From the NCBI GenBank assembly GCA_026419835.1, contig JAOAKQ010000002.1, positions 3,440-67,439 on the forward strand: a stretch of DNA of 64,000 nucleotides. The letters are read 5' to 3'. The notes beneath the pieces were generated by a model that did not search any database, was not told the DNA's origin, and saw only the letters and a list, made by a program, of their open reading frames with translations. The position numbers and the translations under genes are program-made. The stretch comes from Sulfolobales archaeon. GTDB lineage: Archaea > Thermoproteota > Thermoprotei_A > Sulfolobales > NBVN01. Positions 1 to 9,969 of this stretch are shown in pieces; the stretch's first letter is position 1; every line of letters starts with the position of its first letter.

Positions 1-619
1 AATCTAGGAGGTACTTCTCCAGCGTTTCACTATCTACACCACTCCAGAACCTCCTCATAGCTACCTCAACGCCCTCCTCTACCACGAGACCGGTGAACGC
101 GCCGGACTCATCTCTAATAACCCCTCGAGGAGCTATCTCCTCGATAGCTAGCTCTCTCGCGGCGGCAGTGTTTAGAAGAGCCATGTGACCGCACACTCTA
201 ACTAGTAGTACCGGTCTCTCCTTGGAGACCTCATCTACGTCCCAGCGAGTTGGGAACCTCTTCTCCCTAAACTTCTCCTGGTCCCAGCCGCGGCCGAATA
301 CCCAGCCAGTTTTTCTAGCTAGCTCCGCTCTCACCAGCGCTTTGAGCTCCTCAATAGAGCTAGTGCCCCTTAAGTCGAGAGAGTTTAGGGCAAGACCTAG
401 AGACTCTAGGTGAGTGTGCGCATCCACTAACCCGGGAATGACTACTTCATCCCGGAACTCTAGGACGTCGCCACCGAGCTCCGCAGCTATCTTAACCGCT
501 CTATCTCTACTTCCTGCGTAGATAACTCTCCCACCGTGTATCGTGATTGCCTGAACCGTCTTCAGGGGTTCGAAGCTGGTGTAGATCCTCCTAGCTACAA
601 CGGCTAGAGCTCCACTCAT
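1..619 (-). CDS. Amidohydrolase (YtcJ-like, amidohydrolase_3); runs off the window start
   Basis: Manual translation from ATG at 619: MSGALAVVARRIYTSFEP...VVIPGLVDAHTHL (PG-x-x-D-x-H-x-H metal motif). Not in ORF track. Confidence 0.85.
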   Translation of the reverse strand, partial: MSGALAVVARRIYTSFEPLKTVQAITIHGGRVIYAGSRDRAVKIAAELGGDVLEFRDEVVIPGLVDAHTHLESLGLALNSLDLRGTSSIEELKALVRAELARKTGWVFGRGWDQEKFREKRFPTRWDVDEVSKERPVLLVRVCGHMALLNTAAARELAIEEIAPRGVIRDESGAFTGLVVEEGVEVAMRRFWSGVDSETLEKYLLD

Positions 620-629
620 AGAGAGCAGC

Positions 630-1631
630 TCAAGGTTTTGGTAGCCTAGATATTATCTGAGTAACTAAGTCCAGCGCGTTTTCTAGAGTAGCGTCAGCCG
701 AATCGTTGAACTCTATAGTTACCGAGTTCGCTGTAGTCGAGATCCTCACTCTACCTAGGAACTCCTTCGGTATCGAATCAACGATCTTAACTATGCTTAT
801 GTTGTACCTAACGCACGCTCTAACTTCGTGAACGTTCGGATGCTCTTCGTAAACTAGGAACGCCGGGCTGCTCTGGCGGCATACGTACGTGAGAAGTTCG
901 AATGCGAAAGGCTTCAGGTAGCTTACGTTCCGAGCTATGAACTCATCGCTATGTCTGGAAGATATGAGAGCTACCTTGTATGGACCCATCGTAATGAACC
1001 TATCTTTTCTAATCAACTCGTCAACTAGACTGACCGACTTCGTGTACTCGTTGTAGAGTGCTAGGAGTTCCTCGGGAAGCTTCAGGTTCTTAGTCACAAT
1101 AGAGTTGTAGGCGTAGTTGTAGAGCACTAGCCTAGTGTTTCTATCGTTCATTTTGAGTTTGTGAACTCCGTAGATTACTCTCCCAATCTTACTGAGCTTA
1201 CTGATACCGCCGTTGTTCATAGCTATAACGTCGTCGACTAACTGCTGAGGCACCTCCACATCGGCACTGATAGTAGCTAGGTACTCCCTAACTACTTCCG
1301 TTGCCGAACTCACGGTGCTTAGCTTCATCAAGATCTCGCTTCGCCCAGCGTCATCGTACTTAAAGACGTAGCCGACCCCCTTACTTCTACTGTATATCAT
1401 CGCTATCGAGTTAACTATGCTGACACCGCCCTTCGGCTGTATTCCCACCGCGTAGGACTTCGTGATTCTCAAGTTGCTGAAGTCTTCTCTAACCGGTAGG
1501 TCTATGAACACTCTGTACCCCCTCTTACTGAGACCGGCGGAAAGTAAGGCGGCACCAACTATATCGTCCCACGTAAGTCCCGCGTAGATCGTCGTCGTTT
1601 GTTTAGGCTTTTCCTGCGAGCTCTGCGCCAA
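630..1631 (-). CDS. Hypothetical protein, possibly degenerate DHH/DHHA1-fold
   Basis: 333-aa ORF with GGTGG RBS. N-terminal TWDDIVGAALL resembles DHH motif I (DxDGxxSA), but no DHH triad is present. Confidence 0.5.
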   Translation of the reverse strand: MAQSSQEKPKQTTTIYAGLTWDDIVGAALLSAGLSKRGYRVFIDLPVREDFSNLRITKSYAVGIQPKGGVSIVNSIAMIYSRSKGVGYVFKYDDAGRSEILMKLSTVSSATEVVREYLATISADVEVPQQLVDDVIAMNNGGISKLSKIGRVIYGVHKLKMNDRNTRLVLYNYAYNSIVTKNLKLPEELLALYNEYTKSVSLVDELIRKDRFITMGPYKVALISSRHSDEFIARNVSYLKPFAFELLTYVCRQSSPAFLVYEEHPNVHEVRACVRYNISIVKIVDSIPKEFLGRVRISTTANSVTIEFNDSADATLENALDLVTQIISRLPKP

Positions 1632-1751
1632 GCTATTACCACCTAATAGACGTGCGCCAGTGCCTACTCTTCTTGTAAATATTTAAGCATTAGCCTAGCT
1701 GCTCGGAGACAGAATATTAAGCAGCGAGCTCTAACTACCTAGGCGATATGA

Positions 1752-2747
1752 GTGAGCTTCAGGCTGAGGCTACCTCCTAAGGTAAGGCCTGGCGAGCTAT
1801 TCGACGTAGTGATCATCGGTGGAGGTCCGGCAGGTCTCTCAGCTGCGCTGTATGCCGCTAGATTCTCTCTCAGAGCCGTACTAGTAGCGGATTCGGTAGG
1901 TGGGACGCTCAACGATGCCGGGGTTGTAGATGACTACATAGGTATCCCAGATATTCTCGGACCGGACCTCGCTAAGAAGTTCGAGGCGCACGTGGTGAAG
2001 TACGGAGTTCCGGTAGTCGTAGATAGGGTAGTTGGAGTTGCGAAGTCGGGTGAGCACTTCGAGGTCCACCTCCAGAACTCCGGAGTTATCAGGTGTATTT
2101 CAGTTATAGTTGCGGTTGGTAGTGTTAGGAGGAAGCTGGGGGTTCCGGGAGAGGATAGGCTTAGAGGTAGGGGTGTGACCTACTGCGCACCGTGCGACGC
2201 ACCGATGTTTAAAGACAGGGTCGTGGCGGTTGTTGGCGGGGGCAACGCAGCACTTCAAGGAGCTCTACTAACCGCTTCCTACGCGTCGAAAGTTTACTTA
2301 ATCCATAGGAGGGACAGCTTCAGAGCTTTCCCGCAGTACGTTGATTTAGTGAAGAAGAACTCGAAGATAGAGCTAGTCCTCAACTCCGTGGTGGAGGAGA
2401 TTGGTGGTGGGGAGAGGGTTGAGTGGGTCAGAGTGAGAAACGTTGTTAGTGGTGAGGAGAGGGAGCTCAGAGTATCCGGTGTAGTAGTTGAGATAGGTTC
2501 GGAACCACCTAGAGAGTTTCTGAGGAGCATGGGGTTGGAGCTAGATGAGTACGGCTACGTCGTCGTATACCCCGGTCAGAAGACGAATATCGAGGGAGTG
2601 TTCGCCGCTGGTGACTGCACTGGCGGACCGTACAAGAAGAAGTTCGATCAGATAGTGACTGCCGCCGCCGAGGGAGCTATAGCTGCTTACTCAGTTTACG
2701 AGTTCGTGATCAGTAGGCGAGGGGGTGAATACCAGCAGGCTTGGTAG
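1752..2747 (+). CDS. trxB: Thioredoxin-disulfide reductase
   Basis: GGGPAG FAD motif, CAPCD redox motif, VGGGNAA NADPH motif, GVFAAGD. Confidence 0.93.
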   Translation: MSFRLRLPPKVRPGELFDVVIIGGGPAGLSAALYAARFSLRAVLVADSVGGTLNDAGVVDDYIGIPDILGPDLAKKFEAHVVKYGVPVVVDRVVGVAKSGEHFEVHLQNSGVIRCISVIVAVGSVRRKLGVPGEDRLRGRGVTYCAPCDAPMFKDRVVAVVGGGNAALQGALLTASYASKVYLIHRRDSFRAFPQYVDLVKKNSKIELVLNSVVEEIGGGERVEWVRVRNVVSGEERELRVSGVVVEIGSEPPREFLRSMGLELDEYGYVVVYPGQKTNIEGVFAAGDCTGGPYKKKFDQIVTAAAEGAIAAYSVYEFVISRRGGEYQQAW

Positions 2748-2798
2748 CTCTGAGCGAGTTCAGTAAAGCTATTAAGCATAGGTTTCAGCACTACTCTG

Positions 2799-3515
2799 GT
2801 GCGTAACTTGGTAGTAGTTAGAGAGGTAGTGTATAGAGCTCTGGATGAAGGTAGGAACAAGCTACTGGAGCACGAAGCGTACGAATTTCTGAAGGTTTAC
2901 GAACTACCGGTTCCTAAGTTCGGTCTAGCTACTACTAAGGAAGAAGCCGCCGAGATAGCTGAGAAGATAGGCTACCCAGTCGTTCTAAAAATCGTTAGTC
3001 CAGACATAGTTCACAAATCCGACGTCGGTGGTGTTAAGGTAAACATATCTTCAGAGCAGGAGGTACGTAAGTGGTTTGAGGTAATAATGAGCAACGTTAG
3101 GTCGAGGGCTCCAGCTGCCAGAGTCTCCGGAATACTCGTCCAGGAGATGGTGCCTCAGGACCTGGAGGTAATTGTTGGTGCTACCAGGGACGCGGTCTTC
3201 GGTCCCGTAGTTATGTTCGGACTGGGCGGTATATTCGTCGAGGTACTTAGAGACGTCTCCATCAGAATAACACCTATAACGGAGTACGATGCTGAAGAAA
3301 TGCTTAGAGAAATTAAAGCCGCTCAAATACTTCAAGGGTATAGAGGATCACCCCCGAGAGATAGGAAGGCAATCGTAGACATAATACTCAAAGTAGGTAG
3401 GTTGATGGAGGAGGTTCCTGAAGTAACCGATGTGGACTTAAATCCAGTAATGGTGTTTCCCGAAGGTATGGGAGCTAAAATAGCTGACGCAAGAATCCTA
3501 GTTAGGAGAGTGTGA
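2799..3515 (+). CDS. acdB: Acetate/acyl-CoA ligase (ADP-forming) beta subunit
   Basis: GYPVVLKIVSPDIVHKSDVGGV, FGPVVMFGLGGIFVE, DLNP ATP-grasp motifs. Confidence 0.9.
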   Translation: MRNLVVVREVVYRALDEGRNKLLEHEAYEFLKVYELPVPKFGLATTKEEAAEIAEKIGYPVVLKIVSPDIVHKSDVGGVKVNISSEQEVRKWFEVIMSNVRSRAPAARVSGILVQEMVPQDLEVIVGATRDAVFGPVVMFGLGGIFVEVLRDVSIRITPITEYDAEEMLREIKAAQILQGYRGSPPRDRKAIVDIILKVGRLMEEVPEVTDVDLNPVMVFPEGMGAKIADARILVRRV

Positions 3516-3518
3516 TTT

Positions 3519-4439
3519 TTGTCTCTAGATTCTACTGAAGAAGCACTGCTTAGGAAGATCGAGGAGACCAGGAGTAGGTTAGCGGAGCTTAAGTTCGAGA
3601 AAGATAGGTTGATAGACACGATCAGGGACTTGAAGAGTAGTATCGCATCAGCTAAGAGCAGGATCAGGGACTTGAAGAACGAGTACAACGCTATTAGAAG
3701 TACCTTGAGGTCGGTTATCGAAGAGCGTAGAAAGCTTGTTGAAGAAAGAAGAAATCTAGTAGCTGAACTCAGGAAGAAGAGAGAGAAGCTCTACGATATA
3801 CTCTCGAAGATTGATGTAAGAGATGGGAGTAGGCTGAGGTCAACTATAGGAACTCTAAAATCTCGTATAGAGAGATTAGAGTGGAGAATAATCACGGAGT
3901 CTCTGAGTCTAGAAGAAGAGAATAGGCTTGTAAGAGAAATCGCTAAACTAGAGGCTGAGCTCGAGAAGATGTATGAAAACGTTAAGAAGTCCAACGAAGT
4001 TATTGAGCTTAGAGCTGAGATTGCGAGTACTAAGATAGGTATAGGAGATCTAGGAAGAAAAATTGAGCAGCTGACTCAGGAAGTAGCGAATCTGAGCTCT
4101 AGAGAGCAGTCCGTTAGGTCGGAGATCGACAAGAACAGGAAGAATCTTGAGGAACTAGTGAGTAGCCTGAACTCATCGGTAGGCAGACTTCTCCAAGTAA
4201 AAGAGGAGCTGAAGACTCTGAGTGAAGCACTTAGAGAGAGCTACGAAGAGCTGAGAAAGCTGAGAACGGCTAGATCGCAGCAGAAGGCGCTCGAAGTATT
4301 CAGCAGAAAGAAGAGGGAGGTGGAGGAGAAGGCTAGGAGAAGTAGGAGGCTGAACTTCATAGAAGCTCAGATATTATATAGCTCGTACGAAGATATAGTT
4401 GAAGAGGAAAATGAGAAAGGTCCTGGTTCTAGCGGTTGA
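3519..4439 (+). CDS. Archaeal coiled-coil protein (COG1340-like)
   Basis: Continuous heptad pattern, IERLEWRIITESLSLEEE core, adjacent to DUF373 gene. Confidence 0.75.
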   Translation: MSLDSTEEALLRKIEETRSRLAELKFEKDRLIDTIRDLKSSIASAKSRIRDLKNEYNAIRSTLRSVIEERRKLVEERRNLVAELRKKREKLYDILSKIDVRDGSRLRSTIGTLKSRIERLEWRIITESLSLEEENRLVREIAKLEAELEKMYENVKKSNEVIELRAEIASTKIGIGDLGRKIEQLTQEVANLSSREQSVRSEIDKNRKNLEELVSSLNSSVGRLLQVKEELKTLSEALRESYEELRKLRTARSQQKALEVFSRKKREVEEKARRSRRLNFIEAQILYSSYEDIVEEENEKGPGSSG

Positions 4440-5490
4440 CTACGACGACGATATCTCTAAAGCAGGGGTTACAACACCGGTAGTTGGCTACTCGAATCTA
4501 GTCGACGCCGCTCTTAAATTCGGAAGTGTCTTTCCGGACGACTCAGACCTCAACGTTCTCTTCCACGCTCTCCACTTGTACAAAGAGCTTAAAGAAGGAG
4601 AATACGAACCTGAGGTAGCTCTAATCTCGGGTAGTAGTGAGAGTCATGTTGAAGCCGGTAGAAAACTCCGGGACCAGCTTTCTTTCGTACTTAAGCAAGT
4701 GAACGTAGGTGACGTAGTTCTCGTTCTAGATAGCGTTGAAGATGAGCTGGTCATTCCGGTGGTTCAGAATCAGGCTAATCTAATAGCCATTGAGAGAGTT
4801 GTAGTGGAGCAGCTTAGAGGTATTGAAGAAACCTACGTTCTCATAGGGAAGTACTTGAGGAAAGCTATCGAAGACCCGAAGTATTCGAAGATCTTCTTCG
4901 GTCTACCCGGTCTTCTCTTCCTAGTATACGCTCTAATAAGTGCTTCACCCTATGCTAAGTATGCGTGGGAGATCACGCTGGTATTTCTCGGAATCTTCAT
5001 GATATTGAAAGGATTTCACGTTCCGGAGTTCATATCGAAGAAGTGGTACTCCTCTTCTATATATAGAGTAACCGCAGTTCTATCACTAGCATCGATATCT
5101 ATCGGAACGGCCTTCCTCGTTGGAGCTCTAGTAGCTAGAAACTTCTCAGCCGACCTGAGGTCTATCAGCACTTACGTAAAGACGTTTCTACCGTTTCTAA
5201 CCCTTTCACTAGTAGTACTCCACACCGGTAGGTTAACGAGTAGACTGCTTAGAAGAAGCTTGAGAGCTTGGCGTGATGTTGTTGCGGTATTGTTCATCGT
5301 AGCGGTATCTCTCTACGTAAACAATGTCGTAGATATCGTAATGAACTACCCGGAGCTAGATATCTTAGCGATACTCTACGACTTGAAAGTAATTAACGTA
5401 GTTGCCGTAATCTCGCTATCTCTAGTAGCTGTCTATGTTATGTTGAGCTATGTTGAAAGGTACGTACTTGGCTACGCGAAGAGAACTTAA
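4411..5490 (+). CDS. DUF373 family membrane protein
   Basis: LVLAVDYDDD...PDDSDLN...VVVEQ...IEETY, followed by ~6 TM helices. ATG 4411 preferred over 4399. Confidence 0.85.
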   Translation: MRKVLVLAVDYDDDISKAGVTTPVVGYSNLVDAALKFGSVFPDDSDLNVLFHALHLYKELKEGEYEPEVALISGSSESHVEAGRKLRDQLSFVLKQVNVGDVVLVLDSVEDELVIPVVQNQANLIAIERVVVEQLRGIEETYVLIGKYLRKAIEDPKYSKIFFGLPGLLFLVYALISASPYAKYAWEITLVFLGIFMILKGFHVPEFISKKWYSSSIYRVTAVLSLASISIGTAFLVGALVARNFSADLRSISTYVKTFLPFLTLSLVVLHTGRLTSRLLRRSLRAWRDVVAVLFIVAVSLYVNNVVDIVMNYPELDILAILYDLKVINVVAVISLSLVAVYVMLSYVERYVLGYAKRT

Positions 5491-6421
5491 CGTGGCGACT
5501 TACCTCTTCTCCGATATCACTTACAATTTCTTTTTTCAGTAGTTCGAGAGATGGCTGGTCTGGAACTACCACCTCCACGGAAGCACCGAATTCTCTAGCT
5601 AGACGTAGAGCGTTCTCTATTTTAGTTTTAACATACTTTATAGACCGGGTTCTACTGAAGTCTACGTAGAATCTGAGAGAGCGAACTCCTTCGAACGACG
5701 CTTCCCTTATAACCACATCTACAGCGGTCTTATTTAGACTGTAGACTAGAGTTCCTGTATCCATCTCTCTTACTAGAGACTGTGGTGGGTTCTTCCTCCT
5801 AAATATCTCTCTTAGGTGACCGTAGTTTATGGAGAGAATCATTTCGGGACCGTACTCAGATACGAGTCTCTCCGCTCTGTCGATACTTACGAGTCCAAGG
5901 CCCTTCAAGCAGCTCTCAACACTCTTCTTACTGAGCCCCAGCGCGTTAGATACATCCGATACTCTCAGACTACCTTGACTAATCTCTCTCTCAATGAGCT
6001 TAGAGTTTAGAGCTACGTAAAGCTCGTTGCGTCTATAGATCGTAATGAGCTCGCGCTCCTTCACGACATTCTCCAAGGTCCTCTCGTTACTTACGAAGAT
6101 CTTTCCGTAGTCGAAGACTATGTTATCATACAGCTCGTCGTCTATAGCTACCGGAACGCCGTCTACGGCATCAGCAAACTTAGCTAAGTCGTTCTCCACT
6201 TCATCACTAATACTAAAGCCCCTACTGGAACCAACTCTAACTACTAAGCTCTCTCTACTACCGAACTGCTGCGCCTCTCTATCTCTAGTGCGCTCTCCAA
6301 TAGTCGCTACGAAATCTATAGACCTCTCTCTGTAGTTAATCGGGTAGTCCAGCTCAACTACGCTACCAGCTACTTCTCTCAGTATATCCCTCACTCTTCT
6401 AGAGACCGAACCTGCGCCCAT
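5438..6421 (-). CDS. Putative HTH transcriptional regulator (COG1395-like, diverged)
   Basis: Central HTH-like segment (VSDVSNALGLSKKSV) preceded by IYRRNELYVALN. Confidence 0.55.
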   Translation of the reverse strand: MGAGSVSRRVRDILREVAGSVVELDYPINYRERSIDFVATIGERTRDREAQQFGSRESLVVRVGSSRGFSISDEVENDLAKFADAVDGVPVAIDDELYDNIVFDYGKIFVSNERTLENVVKERELITIYRRNELYVALNSKLIEREISQGSLRVSDVSNALGLSKKSVESCLKGLGLVSIDRAERLVSEYGPEMILSINYGHLREIFRRKNPPQSLVREMDTGTLVYSLNKTAVDVVIREASFEGVRSLRFYVDFSRTRSIKYVKTKIENALRLAREFGASVEVVVPDQPSLELLKKEIVSDIGEEVSRHVKFSSRSQVRTFQHSST

Positions 6422-6530
6422 CTAAGACGAATTCTTTTGAAGAAGTAATAAACGTTTACACATCCAGTGTACCCCCTCAATGACGTCAACTCAATTTATT
6501 CTCAGCAGATCTCCGGTTATGGGAATATGG

Positions 6531-7220
6531 TTGAGTGAGGAAGTTGATGTTGCTAGAAGGTCTGCGTCTACTAGAGTACTGGAGTACCTAGATGCTGCTG
6601 AAGTAGTTGGGCTGGGAACTGGCTCGACAATCGGGGTATTTCTAAAAACCGCTTACGATAAGCTAGCTAGAAAAACACTCGTCGCTTCATCAATAGACAC
6701 GGTTCTAACGGCCAGGTCCCTCGGCTTAAAGCTCGTAGAACCTCTCGCAGTCGATAGTCTAGACCTGTACGTAGATTCGGCAGACGAGGTAGACCCTCTC
6801 GGAAGAATGGTGAAGGGGGGTGGGGGTGCTATGACTATGGAGAAGGTACTCGCTTCCGCAGCTAAGCTCAGGGTATTCATAGTTGACGAGCTGAAGTTAG
6901 TTCCTAGGATCCCCCATAGAAGTCCCGTACCGGTGGAGGTAGTTCCTCAAGCAATTAGCATAGTTAGAAAGAAGATTGAGAGCGCCGGATTTATGTGCCG
7001 CCTCAGAGTTCCCGGAGGTAAGAGAACCCCGGTGATTACCGACATAGGTGGGGCTATAGTCGATGTAGAACCACCTAAACAATGGGAACCGGAAGACATT
7101 GCGAAGTTCCTGGAGAGCGTACCCGGCGTAATCGAGCACGGAATTTTCGTGAACTACGTAGATATCCTAGTTATCGGTAGACTCAGCGGTAGAGTAGAGG
7201 TAGTATCGTACAGGAGGTAG
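6531..7220 (+). CDS. rpiA: Ribose-5-phosphate isomerase A
   Basis: GLGTGST, DSADEVD, KGGGGA..EK, PGVIEHGIF. TTG 6531 is the likely start (ORF track 6480). Confidence 0.93.
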   Translation: MSEEVDVARRSASTRVLEYLDAAEVVGLGTGSTIGVFLKTAYDKLARKTLVASSIDTVLTARSLGLKLVEPLAVDSLDLYVDSADEVDPLGRMVKGGGGAMTMEKVLASAAKLRVFIVDELKLVPRIPHRSPVPVEVVPQAISIVRKKIESAGFMCRLRVPGGKRTPVITDIGGAIVDVEPPKQWEPEDIAKFLESVPGVIEHGIFVNYVDILVIGRLSGRVEVVSYRR

Positions 7221-7244
7221 TTAGAGCTACACAGAAACGTGGAA

Positions 7245-8054
7245 CTACTGCGCTAAACCCATATCCAGCGGACTGTAGTAGTAGACTATCTCTCCATCCA
7301 GATAGTCTCTAATGACCTTCTTAGAAGCTTCGAATAGGTCCAGCCCCCCTCCTCTAATCCACCCCCTCAACCTAGCAACTCCAGCTATGATTTCGTGCGG
7401 ATCCTCGGACTCTACACCGTATGCTTCTAGAAACGCTCTCCTATTGTACTTCAAGACCTTTAGTATTAGGTCCACAGCCACCTTCTCCGGGTTCTCGAGC
7501 TCGTCTATAGGCTTAGACCTTATGACAGACTCCACATCGCCACCCTCGGGAGGGACTATACCAGGAGTGTCGATTAGGTAGATCCCCTCCCCGATTTTGA
7601 ATAGCTTAGCTCTAAAGGTGTAGCCGGGGGACCCTGGGTAGGGTGACGTAGGTGTGGAGTGCCTTCCCTTAAGAACGTTTACTAGAGTAGACTTACCTAC
7701 CTTGGGTAGTCCGAATACGGATACTACGACCCTACTTCTCTTCTCGCCTGGCTTTCCGGCTACTCTCTTTATAGTTTCTCTCAGGATGCGCGTACCCAGT
7801 CTACTGCGAGCTGATACGTAAACAGCTTCGTACCCGAGCACCTTCTTAAAGTACTCCTTCCACTCTTCGCATACCTCCTTCGGAACTAGGTCGGCCTTGT
7901 TGATGACTACTACGAGAGGCTTGCCGAGACTGGAAACTATCTTCTCGAACTTCGTACTTCTAGTATTGAGAGGGTCTCGAGAATCTGTGAGCTCTAGCAC
8001 TACGTGAGATAGCTCCACGAGTTCTCTAACGAGCTTCCAGCTAGCGAACCTCAT
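7245..8054 (-). CDS. Circularly permuted ribosome-biogenesis GTPase (RbgA/YlqF family)
   Basis: NKAD precedes GLPKVGKST and DTPG (G4-G1-G3 order). Confidence 0.9.
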   Translation of the reverse strand: MRFASWKLVRELVELSHVVLELTDSRDPLNTRSTKFEKIVSSLGKPLVVVINKADLVPKEVCEEWKEYFKKVLGYEAVYVSARSRLGTRILRETIKRVAGKPGEKRSRVVVSVFGLPKVGKSTLVNVLKGRHSTPTSPYPGSPGYTFRAKLFKIGEGIYLIDTPGIVPPEGGDVESVIRSKPIDELENPEKVAVDLILKVLKYNRRAFLEAYGVESEDPHEIIAGVARLRGWIRGGGLDLFEASKKVIRDYLDGEIVYYYSPLDMGLAQ

Positions 8055-8094
8055 CTAAACTACCCCTACATAGAGGTAGGGGCTTAAGGAAGTC

Positions 8095-8403
8095 CTACGT
8101 CTTGCTTCTATGCCTAGCGATAGTGTCCTCACTGATAATCCACACGTTACCCGGGCTACATTTAACACTAGCGAACTCGCTCTCGAAGAACTCGCGGTTT
8201 AGTACGCACGTAAGAAATCCATGACCGAACTGGTCGAGTAGCTCTAGCTTAACCGAGCTCTCGACTTCAACAATCTTAACCTCCTTGGGAGCTCTAGCGA
8301 GTCCAGATACTATCATATAGAATCTTCTCCCACCTAGAAGAACGGATAGAAGAGCGTCGAATCTGTTATCGCACGTCTTAAGTACTCGTTGAACTTCGCT
8401 CAC
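8095..8403 (-). CDS. Hypothetical protein
   Basis: 102-aa ORF in an otherwise empty space, AGGT upstream of GTG. Confidence 0.6.
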   Translation of the reverse strand: MSEVQRVLKTCDNRFDALLSVLLGGRRFYMIVSGLARAPKEVKIVEVESSVKLELLDQFGHGFLTCVLNREFFESEFASVKCSPGNVWIISEDTIARHRSKT

Positions 8404-8562
8404 ACCTACCCTTATCTACGTTCTTACGTACACTAAAAAACTTTGGAGAAGCTCGCTCGAGAACTGCCGTATTAGAGTCACTCACGGCTTCGCGTAGGTG
8501 TACCGCGGGTATTTGATGGATCAGAGTAATATTGCTAGATAGAGCTCGTACCGTAGAGACCG

Positions 8563-9732
8563 ATGGGCTATCTCAACTACGATACTCAGCTACTCGAGTC
8601 ACTGCGGAGAGTGTATGGGCAGAGCCTCGAGCTGCTTCTAGAGAGCTTGAAGTACCCCGGGAGTAGGATGTACGTTAGAGTAAACACCATGAAGACAGAG
8701 CCGGGCGCTCTCGTAGATAGACTTCGAGAAAGAGGTATCGAGGTCTTTCGGGATGAGGAACTAGCTGAAGCCGTATACTTCAGAGTTGAAGGACCGTTCA
8801 CGGTATCCACTAGAGATAGAGTCGTCGTGGCGGTGAAGGAAGCTGCCGAGTCAGTAGCTCTCGGAGCTAACCTATACGCACCGGGCGTTCTGAAGTGCTA
8901 CAACGTAAAGAAGGGTGATGAGGTAACGGTAGTTACGAAATCCGGGATCCCGGTAGCTGAGGGTGTTGTTGTGAGGGACTGCCACGAAGCTAAGAGCAGC
9001 GGTCGCGGCTTAGTCGTCGAAGTGCACAGATCTCTCTACAGAGCCACTAGAATTAGGGAACTCCCGGAGTTCGCTGAGGGGTTGATATACCCGCAGAGTC
9101 TTCCAGCTATGTACGTAGCTAGACAGCTAGAGCTGAAGCCTGGTGAAGTCGTGGTAGATCTCTGCGCATCTCCCGGCGGAAAGACCGGGCACGTGGTAGA
9201 GCTATCGCGCGGGAGGGTCGCGGTGGTAGCTTTCGATAGATCTAGGAGTAAGGTAGATAGAATGAGGGAGGAACTCTCGAGGTTAGGTCACGCACGGTAC
9301 GTACAAGCTTGGGTAGCCGACTCGAGGTACGTCCACTTAGACTACCCGTGGCTAAGGGCTGATGAAGTAATCGTAGACCCGCCGTGCTCCGCTCTAGGAG
9401 TGAGACCCAAGCTAGAGGATAGAAAGAAGTATGAGGAGGTTCTAGCACTTAAGAAGTACCAGCTCCAGTTTCTGAAAGCGGCTTCGAGGATCGTTAAGCC
9501 CGGAGGATCTATAGTCTACTCAACCTGCACGGTCACTTTAGAGGAAAACGAGGAAGTCGTCGAGGAACTACTGAATGAGGAGCCTTGTCTAGATGTCAAT
9601 GAAGTCCGCGTTGAGAGAGCCTCCAGGAGTGCCTACGGGAAGTTTAAAGATGTCTTCACCCGCTTTCACCCACACGTACACGATACCCCGGGATATTTCA
9701 TAGCTAAAATCGCTAGGAAGTTGAGCTGCTGA
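8563..9732 (+). CDS. RNA m5C methyltransferase with PUA domain (NSUN6/RsmB family)
   Basis: PUA (GANLYAPGV), DLCASPGGKT, DPPCS, VYSTCT. Confidence 0.92.
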   Translation: MGYLNYDTQLLESLRRVYGQSLELLLESLKYPGSRMYVRVNTMKTEPGALVDRLRERGIEVFRDEELAEAVYFRVEGPFTVSTRDRVVVAVKEAAESVALGANLYAPGVLKCYNVKKGDEVTVVTKSGIPVAEGVVVRDCHEAKSSGRGLVVEVHRSLYRATRIRELPEFAEGLIYPQSLPAMYVARQLELKPGEVVVDLCASPGGKTGHVVELSRGRVAVVAFDRSRSKVDRMREELSRLGHARYVQAWVADSRYVHLDYPWLRADEVIVDPPCSALGVRPKLEDRKKYEEVLALKKYQLQFLKAASRIVKPGGSIVYSTCTVTLEENEEVVEELLNEEPCLDVNEVRVERASRSAYGKFKDVFTRFHPHVHDTPGYFIAKIARKLSC

Positions 9733-9780
9733 ACGAGCTACGCAGACCTCCACGCTTCGGAGATCGGTGATCTTCATGTA

Positions 9781-9835
9781 GGGTCAGAAACACGAGCCTA
9801 CATCAACACTCAGACGGCAGACTGTCTTCATCCTA
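9781..9835 (-). ncRNA. Box C/D methylation-guide sRNA
   Basis: Minus strand: ATGAAGA (C) - cagtctgccgt - CTGA (D') - gtg - TTGATGT (C') - aggctcgtgttt - CTGA (D). TTAATA box ~25 nt upstream. Confidence 0.8.
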
Positions 9836-9969
9836 GTACTACTGTCTTTCCGAGCTATTAACTACCTCGATATCTGCAGAGGTAGTGGCATTCCTAGTCG
9901 ATATCCCGACCGCACCACCTCGACGTCATCGAGTAAGCAAAAACTGCGAAGGGGATTGGCGCTCTGCGG

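Noticed and set aside
222-413. Short ORFs antisense to or nested in long genes (this one and many others in the track)
   Set aside because: Shadows of well-supported genes on the opposite strand or frame.
3620-3678. 17-nt direct repeat GATCAGGGACTTGAAGA, 42 nt apart
   Set aside because: In-frame two-heptad duplication inside a coiled-coil gene; only two copies, not CRISPR or att.
5438-5490. Convergent 3' overlaps of ~45-55 nt (also 43192-43235 and 48210-48260)
   Set aside because: Common in compact crenarchaeal genomes; no evidence of special function.
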